From NCBI GenBank assembly GCA_963708025.1, contig CAVPSB010000031.1, forward strand, positions 288,001 through 352,000: DNA of 64,000 nucleotides, in the 5' to 3' direction. Shown one piece after another: positions 47,907 to 56,237 of this stretch. This DNA is from an uncultured Candidatus Rokubacteria bacterium (GTDB lineage: Bacteria; Methylomirabilota; Methylomirabilia; Rokubacteriales; DASRDR01). The notes beneath the pieces are model-generated. The model ran no database searches. It saw only the letters and a list, made by a program, of their open reading frames with translations, and had not been told where the DNA came from. The position numbers were made by a program, and so were the translations under genes. Position 1 is the first letter of the stretch, and each line of letters begins with the position of its first letter.

Positions 47907-49721
47907 GTGGAATCCATAGGCAGAGGGAGGAGCGGCGTGGCTAGACGAGGAGTTGTGATGCTCCTGGGCTGTGCCTGGACCCTGGCGGTGGCGGTCCCCG
48001 CGTGGGCGGCCGATCGTCCCACCGACCAGCCCATCCTGGTGGCGCAGGCGAGGGTGCCGGTTCTCGCGCAGACGGCGACGCAACCGCCGCGACAGCAGCC
48101 GCGCCTCATCTCGCTCGACTTCAAGGATGCCGACATCAACAACATCCTGCGCATCCTGGCGGAGTTCAGCGGTCTGAACATCGTGTCGAGCGACGACGTC
48201 AAGGGCAAGGTGACGGTGAAGCTCCAGAACGTCCCCTGGCAGCAGGCCCTCGACTCCGTCGTGCGGGCGGCGAAGCTCGGCTACGTGCAGGAAGGCAACA
48301 TCATCCGCGTCAACAAGCTGGAGAACCTGACCAAGGAGGCCGAGGCCCAGTTCAAGGCCGAGCAGCGCGAGGTCGAGATCCAGCAGCGGCGCAAGGAGGC
48401 CGAGCTGCGCGTCGCGGCCCAGGAGGGCGAGAAGAAGCTGGCCGACCAGCGCCGCGACTTCGAGCTGGCGCCACTGGCCGAGGAGATCATCGCGCTGAAG
48501 TACGCGCACGTCGGCGTCCGCCGGGTCAACGTGCTCAACTTCCTGACCGACCAGGTCAGCTCCGAGGAGCGCCGGGGGGTCGAGGAAGCGATCACGGGCG
48601 GCGCCAAGAAGGAGCCGGGCAAGCCGGCCGGCCTGCTCTCCGCCCGCGGCGAGCTCACCGTCGACCAGCGGACCAACTCGGTCATCGTGCGGGACGTGGA
48701 GGGGAACGTCCAGCGGATCAAGGAGTTCATCGGCCGGCTCGACAAGGCGATCCCGGCCGTCCAGATCGAGGCGCGAATCGTCGAGATCACCAAGGACGAT
48801 GCCCGGCGGCTGGGGGTCGTGTGGGGCGGCGTCTTCACGCCTCGCGCGGGTCCCAATTCCCCGATCGCCGTCGTCGGTGGTGGCGCCGGTCCGCGGGCCG
48901 TCCGGGGTGGCGACGCGCCGCCAGCCATCCCGCCGTCGACCGCCGCCAACTTCCCTACGGCACCGGTCAACGCTCCGTTCACGAACGGCAACCTCTTCGG
49001 GCTGGCCTTCGGCTGGCTGGCGTCGAACCTGGCCCTGGACATCTCGCTGTCGGCCCTCGAGGGTGAGAACCGGGTGCGCATCCTCTCCACGCCCAGCCTG
49101 ATGACCCTGGAGAACGAGCCGGCGACCATCGCCAGTGGCCAGAAGATCCCGATCATCAGCGTCGTCGTCGTCGCCGGGGCGCCCCAGGCCTCCGTCACCT
49201 ACTCGGACGTGACGACGCGCCTCCAGGTGGTGCCCCGCGTGGCCGCCGAGGACGGGCGGCTCGTGCTGACCATCGCCGTGAAGCGCGACACGCTGCTCAA
49301 CACCATCACCGCGGCCGGCCTGACGGCGCCCGTCATCGGGACGCGGCAGACGATCACCCAGGTCCGGATCCCGGACGGGGGAACCGTCGTGCTGAGCGGT
49401 CTGCGGGAGGACAGCGCGACCGGGCGCACCGAGGGGCTGCCCTGGGTGAAGAACATCCCGGTCCTCGGCTGGCTCTTCAAGAACGAGCTGACGGACGCGA
49501 GCCGGACCGAGCTGATGGTGTTCCTGACCGCCAAGGTGGTGGAGAGCCCCGGGGAGGCCGCCGTCAGCCCCCAGGACCTGCCGGCCGCACCGGGCGCCCC
49601 CGCGCCCCCGGGCCGCACCGGCCAGGCGCCGGCCGCGCCGCTTCCCGCGGTGTCGTCGGCGGCTCCGGTCCCCGCCGCCGCCCGTCCGACTCCGGTCCAA
49701 GCGGAGGCCATGAGCCGATGA
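47907..49721 (+). CDS. pilQ: Type IV pilus secretin PilQ (start may be 47937)
   Basis: ISLDFKDADI, VPWQQALD, DQRTNS, QIEARIVE, IPVLGWLFK, ELMVFLT. Confidence 0.95.
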   Translation: MESIGRGRSGVARRGVVMLLGCAWTLAVAVPAWAADRPTDQPILVAQARVPVLAQTATQPPRQQPRLISLDFKDADINNILRILAEFSGLNIVSSDDVKGKVTVKLQNVPWQQALDSVVRAAKLGYVQEGNIIRVNKLENLTKEAEAQFKAEQREVEIQQRRKEAELRVAAQEGEKKLADQRRDFELAPLAEEIIALKYAHVGVRRVNVLNFLTDQVSSEERRGVEEAITGGAKKEPGKPAGLLSARGELTVDQRTNSVIVRDVEGNVQRIKEFIGRLDKAIPAVQIEARIVEITKDDARRLGVVWGGVFTPRAGPNSPIAVVGGGAGPRAVRGGDAPPAIPPSTAANFPTAPVNAPFTNGNLFGLAFGWLASNLALDISLSALEGENRVRILSTPSLMTLENEPATIASGQKIPIISVVVVAGAPQASVTYSDVTTRLQVVPRVAAEDGRLVLTIAVKRDTLLNTITAAGLTAPVIGTRQTITQVRIPDGGTVVLSGLREDSATGRTEGLPWVKNIPVLGWLFKNELTDASRTELMVFLTAKVVESPGEAAVSPQDLPAAPGAPAPPGRTGQAPAAPLPAVSSAAPVPAAARPTPVQAEAMSR

Positions 49722-50339
49722 TCAGCCAACGCGCGCGCCTCGCGATTGTCGTCGCCCTCGGCCTGGTCCTGGCCTGGACGTCGGCGGCGGATGCCCAGGA
49801 ATGGAAGATCTACGTCAAGGGGAAGGTCGAGCCGATCGTGGCGAACTTCTACGCCGAGGAGGCTCCCTGGATCTTCTACCGGGACGACGAGAGCATGTAC
49901 ACGTTCGCCCTCGGCTGCAACCGGGTCGACCGCGTCGAGCGCGGCGGCGCCCCGATCCCGGCGCCGGCCTGCCCGGTCGAGGCGCTGCCCACCACGACGC
50001 CTCGCATCCTGGTCAACATCATGGATCTGGAATCCAAGCGGCTCGACGACGGGATCGCCAAGCTCCGCGAGCAGACCCGCGCGTACGCCGACGCCGTGAT
50101 CGGCAGCGTCGTGTCCGCCCGGGGCATTCTGGTGGCCGGCGGCTCCGAGAGCCAGGCCGAGCAGCAGCTCCGCCAGGACGTCGGCGCGGTGTCGTTTCTC
50201 CGCAACCAGATCGAGGACACCCTGTTCGACATCCGGCTGACCGAGCGGCGGGTGAGGGCGCTCACCGAGGCGGCGAAGGGCTTCCCGAAGGCTGCCCGCC
50301 CAAGCTGCGCGCACTCGCTACTTCTTCGCGCCCCGGTAG
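49718..50339 (+). CDS. Exported hypothetical protein; likely ends at TAG 50337-50339 after a one-base indel near 50300-50315
   Basis: Signal peptide ..SAADA|QE, beta-rich N-domain, coiled coil. As read, the frame runs about 435 nt into aroB; the shifted frame gives RYFFAPR*. Confidence 0.6.
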
Positions 50340-50355
50340 CACAGGGAACGGCCCC

Positions 50356-51465
50356 GTGCGGACCATCACCGTCCACCTCGGCTCGCGGACCTACCCGGTC
50401 CACGTGGGCGCCGGCCTGCTCGGCGAGGTCGGGCGGGAGTGCGCCCGGCTCGGCCTGGGCCGGAAGGTGGCGGTGGTCAGCCAGCGCGCGATCGCGAGCC
50501 ATGCCCGGACCGTCCTGGCGAGTCTGCAGGGCGCCGGGTTCACACCGGCGCTCGTCGAGATCGCCGAGGGCGAAGCGGCCAAGTCGATCGAGCAGGCCGG
50601 TGCCCTCTGGGAGGCCTTCCTCGGCCATGGGCTCGACCGCGGCTCGGTGGTCGTCGCGGTGGGGGGTGGGGTGGTCGGTGACCTGGCCGGTTTTGCCGCC
50701 GCCGGCTACATGCGGGGCGTCGGGCTCGTGCAGGTGCCGACGTCGCTCCTGGCCCAGGTGGACGCGTCGATCGGCGGCAAGGTGGCGGTGAACCACCCGC
50801 GGGCGAAGAACCTGATCGGGACGTTCCATCAGCCCCGGCTCGTGGTCATCGACCCGGGAACGCTCTCGACGCTTTCCGAGCGCGAGTACCGGTCCGGACT
50901 GGCCGAGGTCATCAAGACCGGCGTTGCCCTCAACGCCGAGCTGTTCACCACCCTGGAGGCGAGCGTCCCCGCCATCCGGGGCCGGGACCCCGAGCTGCTC
51001 GAGCGGGTGATCGCGACCTGCTGCGCCGAGAAGGCGACCATCGTCGAGCAGGACGAGCGCGAGGAAAGCGGTCTCCGCATGGTCCTGAACTACGGCCACA
51101 CGGTCGGCCATGCCCTCGAAGCGCTGAGCGGGTACGGGGTGTGGCTGCACGGCGAGGCGGTCGCGGTGGGGATGATGGTGGCCGGACAGCTGTCGAACCA
51201 CCTGCGGCTCGTCAACGCCCGGACCACGGAGCGGCAGGCGGCGCTGCTGAGCGCCGTGGGGCTGCCCACCCGCTTCGAGGCGCCGGCGCCGCCGGCGGTG
51301 TGGGACGCGCTCCGGCACGACAAGAAGGCGCGCGAGGGCCGGGTGCCGTTCGTGCTGCTGAAGGCGCTCGGGCGTGCGGAAGTCTGTTTCGACGTGCAGG
51401 CAGATATGGTCCTGCAGGCTCTGGAAGAGGTTCACCGAGGTCACGTGCCCGGCCGCGGGCAATAG
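50356..51465 (+). CDS. aroB: 3-dehydroquinate synthase
   Basis: GEAAKS, GGGVVGDLAGF, PTSLLAQVDASIGGK, KNLIG, LNYGHT, HGEAVA, DKK. Confidence 0.96.
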   Translation: MRTITVHLGSRTYPVHVGAGLLGEVGRECARLGLGRKVAVVSQRAIASHARTVLASLQGAGFTPALVEIAEGEAAKSIEQAGALWEAFLGHGLDRGSVVVAVGGGVVGDLAGFAAAGYMRGVGLVQVPTSLLAQVDASIGGKVAVNHPRAKNLIGTFHQPRLVVIDPGTLSTLSEREYRSGLAEVIKTGVALNAELFTTLEASVPAIRGRDPELLERVIATCCAEKATIVEQDEREESGLRMVLNYGHTVGHALEALSGYGVWLHGEAVAVGMMVAGQLSNHLRLVNARTTERQAALLSAVGLPTRFEAPAPPAVWDALRHDKKAREGRVPFVLLKALGRAEVCFDVQADMVLQALEEVHRGHVPGRGQ

Positions 51466-51476
51466 AGGGGAAGCCG

Positions 51477-51908
51477 ATGCGAAGGACGCTCTGGCGAGCC
51501 ATCTCGGTAGTGTTCGTCGTGGTCGTGGCCCTCGTTGGTTGCAACGGCCCGAACCGCAGCCAACAGCCCAGCTCGGCTTCGGGATTCAACATCGACGTCC
51601 AGATCTCCCCGAATGTTCTTCGCGGAGCCACCGCGGGGACCAACGAGGCGCAAGGGGGTTGCGGCACCGTCACCGCCGCCGTGTTCGACACCAACGGGCG
51701 GGTCATCGACGGCGCCCTCGTCAACCTCAGCACCACCCTGGGTCGCTTCCCGCCGACCGCGACGCGTCAGGAGTCCGTCGCGGTGTCGGGATTCACGGTC
51801 CGCGGGGTCTACACCGACGTGCTGTGCGCCAAGGCCGAGCGGGGGACGGGGACCGTGACGGGCAGCGTCGAAAATGCGGTGTCGGCCGCGCTGTTCACCG
51901 TCTTCTAG
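51477..51908 (+). CDS. Lipoprotein with an Ig-like (Big_1/invasin-type) domain
   Basis: Lipobox LVGC; VTAAVFDTNGRVIDGALVNLSTTLG; GTGTVTG. Confidence 0.65.
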   Translation: MRRTLWRAISVVFVVVVALVGCNGPNRSQQPSSASGFNIDVQISPNVLRGATAGTNEAQGGCGTVTAAVFDTNGRVIDGALVNLSTTLGRFPPTATRQESVAVSGFTVRGVYTDVLCAKAERGTGTVTGSVENAVSAALFTVF

Positions 51909-51921
51909 GGGGCGTGACGAC

Positions 51922-52404
51922 ATGGGAGCGACATTGAGACGTATAGCGACCGGCAGCACCGGATCCTGGCGATCGATCGGGGTGCTCGCCGTCCTCCTCC
52001 TGGTCGGCGCGCTCTTCGCGGCATGCTCGAACCAGAGCTCGTCCAACGGTCCGGCCAATCCGGCCGGCACGGCCGGGCACGCCGATACCGCGAGCCAGCT
52101 GATCGTTCGGGTGGCCATCCACCGGGCCCAGGTCGACGTCGGCGACCGCGTCGGGATCACGGTGCTGGTCACCAACCTCAACGGCCGGCCCCTCGAGGGG
52201 CGTCACGTGCAGCTCGGGATCTCCAACAGCGGGCCCGGGCGCCTGGACCAGGTGAACGGGTTCACCGACCCGGACGGCAAGTTCACGACTTTCCTCTTCT
52301 GCAACTTCGACGGCGACGTGGAGATCACCGCGTTCGTCGAGGGCGCCTTCGCCATCGGCACCTGCCACTGCGGGGCGCCCACCACCGAGGGACGACCACG
52401 GTAG
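51922..52404 (+). CDS. Lipoprotein with an Ig-like domain (may extend to TAG 52434-52436 if a G is missing near 52390)
   Basis: Lipobox FAAC; ITVLVTNLNGRPLEG..V; TDPDGKFT; ITAFV. Confidence 0.65.
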   Translation: MGATLRRIATGSTGSWRSIGVLAVLLLVGALFAACSNQSSSNGPANPAGTAGHADTASQLIVRVAIHRAQVDVGDRVGITVLVTNLNGRPLEGRHVQLGISNSGPGRLDQVNGFTDPDGKFTTFLFCNFDGDVEITAFVEGAFAIGTCHCGAPTTEGRPR

Positions 52405-52462
52405 CGACCCCGACCGCGACGACGGGACGCCCGTAGGCGGCACCGACCTCTTCGCCGTCACC

Positions 52463-52499
52463 GCGACGCCCGGGGGAGGACACCTCTCCCGGGCGTCGT
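52463..52499. terminator. Hairpin between convergent genes
   Basis: GCGACGCCCGGG...CCCGGGCGTCGT. Confidence 0.45.
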
Positions 52500-52690
52500 G
52501 CTCGGTTCGGCAGCTCCCGCCCCCCCCCGCCCTACGGGTGGAGGGGGATGGGACCCATTGCTTCCCACGGTCTCAGACTTCGGCTCACGCCGATGCCCGC
52601 GGCCACCGTCGACGGACCGCCGGTCGGGAGGGGCGTGTCGCAGAGACCGCAACCCTCTGACTCTGGCCACGCGGCCGTGGCGTTACACTT

Positions 52691-52757
52691 CGAGCCGTGG
52701 CTTCGCCGCAGCGTCCGAGAGGGGGCATCGGGGGGGTCTTCCGAGACCCCCCCGACG
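52691..52757 (+). repeat. REP-like element family A, copy 2
   Basis: GCCGTGG-CTTCG-CCGCAGC ... GGGGGGGTCT-TCCG-AGACCCCCCC. Confidence 0.85.
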
Positions 52758-52760
52758 ATC

Positions 52761-54056
52761 CTACGGGTCGATCTCGCCCTCGCCCGGCCCGTCGGATCCC
52801 TCCGCCGGGGACGGGGGCGCCCCGCTCATCTCGTGGAGCAGGTCCAGGTAGCGGGCGTTGCGCCCGTCGCCCACCGGGCGGGCGAGCCCCAGCCGGATCA
52901 GCTCGGCGTTGAGCATGCGACCGTTCGGCAGGAAGACGTAGGCCAGCCAGTTGCCGTCCGCGTCGTAGCGCTGTCGATCGAACTCGAGGTAGACGATGCT
53001 GCCCGGCTCGAGCTGCCGCCACGGGCTCTCGGCCGTCCAGGTTCCGCTGAGCGACTCGACGCCCACCAGTCGGACCCGGCGATGACCGCTGCGGACGCTC
53101 ACCTCGAGGAGATCCGGCTCCACCCGCTGGACGTACCGCACCGGGGTCCGGCCGCGGACCGGCGCGATCTCCTCCGGAAAGAGTCGCATCACCTCGTTCA
53201 CGGCGACCCCGATGATTCCGCCGAAGCGCCGGAACCGGAACTCCCCGTCTTCCACCCAGAACCCCTCGACCCGCATGAGCTGGCCGTTCGCCAGGCGGAG
53301 GAAGTGCGGCCGATCGGAGCTCTCGTAGGGCACCCGGGGATCGGGGGTCACCGGGAGCGGAGCGGCGCCGGTGGCGGCCCGATCCTCGGCGTCGGTCACC
53401 AGCACCGAGAGCCACGCCTCGGGGATCTCGGTGCCCGGCGGGACGCGGACCACGCTGACGATCTCCGACCGCGGCACCGTGAACGACCCGTTCGACACCG
53501 CGACGCGGACCCGGTCGCCTTCCGGCGTGAGGCTCGCGACCCGCAGGTCGTTGCCGCCCCGCATCGTGACGTAGAGGTCGGACTCCGGCTGGAGGGGGGC
53601 GCCACCGGTGTCCGTACGGACCGGTACCGGCGGCAGGTTGGCGGTGCGCTCGGCGGGATGTGCGGTGTCGGGGACGATCCTGAAAATCTCGTAGGTCGGG
53701 ATGCGAACCGAGCCGCCGTACTTCTCGAACACGATCTGGCCGTGCTCCTCGACGTAGCGTGAGACCACGATCGGGTCGCCGCCGTCGATCAGGTAGATGA
53801 GGAAGCCGCGCGGCGGGGCGGGTGGGCGGGCGGCGGGGACATCGGGTGGAGGGGGCGCCAGCCAGCGCGGAGGCCGCGCGGCGGGTCGTGGCGCCGGAAG
53901 GACGGGAGCGCGGCCTCCGTCTCCGGATCCCGACTGACTCCTCTGATTCGCTGCCGATCCCGGCGCGGCCGCGGCCCCGTCGAGGTGTCCGACGGCCAGG
54001 ACGGCGAGCGCGAGAGAGGCCCCGAGGGCGGACCCCCGCCCCGGTCGCGCCTTCAT
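52761..54056 (-). CDS. Exported protein with three tandem beta-rich modules and a degenerate thermonuclease (SNase) domain
   Basis: Signal peptide; VRLVGV..YLEFD..D.DGNWLAYV.LPNGRMLNAELIRLGLA SNase pattern; TATAGT 6 nt upstream. Confidence 0.72.
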   Translation of the reverse strand: MKARPGRGSALGASLALAVLAVGHLDGAAAAPGSAANQRSQSGSGDGGRAPVLPAPRPAARPPRWLAPPPPDVPAARPPAPPRGFLIYLIDGGDPIVVSRYVEEHGQIVFEKYGGSVRIPTYEIFRIVPDTAHPAERTANLPPVPVRTDTGGAPLQPESDLYVTMRGGNDLRVASLTPEGDRVRVAVSNGSFTVPRSEIVSVVRVPPGTEIPEAWLSVLVTDAEDRAATGAAPLPVTPDPRVPYESSDRPHFLRLANGQLMRVEGFWVEDGEFRFRRFGGIIGVAVNEVMRLFPEEIAPVRGRTPVRYVQRVEPDLLEVSVRSGHRRVRLVGVESLSGTWTAESPWRQLEPGSIVYLEFDRQRYDADGNWLAYVFLPNGRMLNAELIRLGLARPVGDGRNARYLDLLHEMSGAPPSPAEGSDGPGEGEIDP

Positions 54057-54112
54057 GGCCGTACTATAGCGCAACCCTCGACCCTGCTTACTCTTTTTGG
54101 ATGAGCGCGACA

Positions 54113-54142
54113 TTGACAAGGGTCGCCACCGGCCCGTATAGT
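54113..54142 (+). promoter_or_regulatory. sigma70 promoter of the TPR-efp-acc unit
   Basis: TTGACA-18 nt-TATAGT. Confidence 0.7.
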
Positions 54143-54325
54143 AGCGTCCATCCGAGCGCCGTCCCTCGACCCCGTTCCGTATCCGAGGGGCCGCCCGGGC
54201 GACATCGTCGTGAGCATGGTGTTCGAGTCTGGGGGGCGGCAGGCCCCGGTCGTTCGCTGAGGAGCGAGCGGCCCGGCCTTGCCGGGAGGCCACCGAGGGG
54301 GGCGCAGCCCTTCTCCGAAGTCGTT

Positions 54326-54958
54326 TTGGCGACCGCCGAGGACATCCGCCATCACGAGGCCCGGCTGGCTCGGGAGCCCAGCTCCCAGGCATACGCCGCG
54401 CTGGCCGAGGCGTACCGGCGGGGCGGCCGGTTGGACGAGGCGGTCCGCGTCTGCCGCCTGGGTCTCCAGCGGTACCCCACGTATTCGACCGCGCGGTTCG
54501 TCCTGGCCAAGGCGCTGCTGGACCAGGACCAGGTGTCCGAGGCGCGGACCGAGGTGGAGCGCTTTCTCCAGGCCGAACCCGACCACGAGCCGGCGCTCCG
54601 GATCGCCGCCGAGTGCGCGCTGCGCCTGGCCGATCCCCGGGGAGCGCTGGGTCATCTCCGCCGGCTCGGAGTGCTCGACCCGGAGGACCGGGGGATGCAG
54701 GGACAGCTCCGGGCTCTGGAGGTCGCATCCGGGCGTGACCGGGGACGGGCCGAGTCTGGCGGCCTGTGGCCGGTTCTCGCGGACGACACGTACGCCACCG
54801 TGACCTTCGGCGACCTCTGCGTCGCCCAGGGCCTCCTGGACGAGGCGACGGCGGTGTTCAGCCGCATCGTTCTGCGGAGCCCTGACCACGCCGTCGCCCG
54901 CGCGCGTCTGGCCGACCTCGGTCGCGCGAGGATCCAGGCGCGGCGGCCACGAAACTGA
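54326..54958 (+). CDS. Tetratricopeptide repeat protein (TTG start, approximate)
   Basis: EPSSQAYAALAEAYRRGG..EA..C..GL..YP; TVTFGDLCVAQG..EA. Confidence 0.75.
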   Translation: MATAEDIRHHEARLAREPSSQAYAALAEAYRRGGRLDEAVRVCRLGLQRYPTYSTARFVLAKALLDQDQVSEARTEVERFLQAEPDHEPALRIAAECALRLADPRGALGHLRRLGVLDPEDRGMQGQLRALEVASGRDRGRAESGGLWPVLADDTYATVTFGDLCVAQGLLDEATAVFSRIVLRSPDHAVARARLADLGRARIQARRPRN

Positions 54959-55020
54959 ATTTGGAGCCCGTCGGAGCAAGTCATCCTGCGGGCGTTGTGA
55001 CGTGAGCCATCAAGGCCCTC

Positions 55021-55087
55021 CGAGCGGCGGCTTTGCCGCCGCCACGACGGGGGGGCATCGGGGGGGTCTTCCGAGACCCCCCCGAAG
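55021..55087 (+). repeat. REP-like element family A, copy 3
   Basis: GCGGCGG-CTTTG-CCGCCGC (compensatory change) plus GGGGGGGTCT-TCCG-AGACCCCCCC. Confidence 0.82.
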
Positions 55088-55121
55088 GACCTAGGATTCC
55101 TCGAAGCGGGAGCACACTGAG

Positions 55122-55682
55122 ATGCCGGTTTCGACCGCGGAGTTTCGCAAGGGTCTCAAGATCGAGTTGGACGGCAACCCCTACACCATCGTCGACTTCC
55201 AGCACGTCAAGCCGGGCAAAGGGGGGGCCTTCGTTCGCACGAAGCTCAAGCACCTCAAGCTCGGCACCGTCGTGGACCGGACCTTCCGGTCGGGTGAGAA
55301 GTTCGAGCTGGTGGACTTCGAGCAGCAGCCGATGCAGTTCATGTATCGGGACGACCTCTTTCACTTCATGAACCTGGAGACGTACGAGCAGATCGCGCTC
55401 TCGCGGGTCGAGGTCGGCGAGGCAGCGGACTATCTGAAGGACAACATGGAGGTGGAGGTCGCCTACATCAATGGCCAGCCCTCGGCGGTCGAGCTGCCGA
55501 CCTTCGCCGAGCTGCGAGTGGTGAAGACCGACCCCGGCCTGCGCGGCGACACCGCGTCGGGCGGGTCGAAGCCGGCGACCCTGGAGACCGGCGCGGTCGT
55601 GTCGGTCCCGCTGTTCATCAACGAGGGCGACGTCCTCAAGATCGACACCCGCACCGGCGCCTACATCGAGCGCGCCGGGTAG
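55122..55682 (+). CDS. efp: Elongation factor P
   Basis: [30 protein letters not shown]. Confidence 0.98.
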   Translation: MPVSTAEFRKGLKIELDGNPYTIVDFQHVKPGKGGAFVRTKLKHLKLGTVVDRTFRSGEKFELVDFEQQPMQFMYRDDLFHFMNLETYEQIALSRVEVGEAADYLKDNMEVEVAYINGQPSAVELPTFAELRVVKTDPGLRGDTASGGSKPATLETGAVVSVPLFINEGDVLKIDTRTGAYIERAG

Positions 55683-55743
55683 CGCACGGGTCGGCCGTGG
55701 AGATCACGCTCGTACGGTGGCCGCGCGCCAGGAAAGACGACGC

Positions 55744-56202
55744 ATGAATCTCAAGGAGATTCGCGCCCTTCTCGAGCTGCTCCGGGAATACGGGTTGACC
55801 GAGGTCGAGATCGAGAAGAGCGGCGAGCGGGTCCGGATCCGGCGCGAGGCGACGGCGGCCGCCCCGCCGGGCCCGGCGCCGGCGGGCGCGGCGCCCGCGA
55901 TGGCGGTGCCGGCCAGCCAGACGGCGCCGGCCGCCGGTGCGCCCCCCGACGAGCGCCCGCGACACCTGGTGACGGTGGAGGCGCCGATGGTGGGCACCTT
56001 CTACCGGGCATCCTCGCCGGATGCCGACCCCTACGTCCGCGAGGGGGACGCCATCAAGGAGGGGCAGGTGCTCTGCATCATCGAAGCGATGAAGCTGATG
56101 AACGAGATCGAGTCCAAGGTCTCGGGTCGGGTCATCCGCGTCCTCGCCGAGAACGGGCAGCCCGTCGAGTATGGCCAGCCGCTGTTCCTGATCGAGCCCT
56201 GA
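55744..56202 (+). CDS. accB: Acetyl-CoA carboxylase biotin carboxyl carrier protein
   Basis: [26 protein letters not shown]. Confidence 0.97.
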   Translation: MNLKEIRALLELLREYGLTEVEIEKSGERVRIRREATAAAPPGPAPAGAAPAMAVPASQTAPAAGAPPDERPRHLVTVEAPMVGTFYRASSPDADPYVREGDAIKEGQVLCIIEAMKLMNEIESKVSGRVIRVLAENGQPVEYGQPLFLIEP

Positions 56203-56237
56203 CGTCTCCGCCATGAGCGCTGGAGCGAGATAGCCCC

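Noticed and set aside
49718-51465. 357-aa ORF overlapping aroB, and a 554-aa N-extended aroB
   Set aside because: AroB homology starts at GTG 50356; the overlap is best explained by one indel near 50310.
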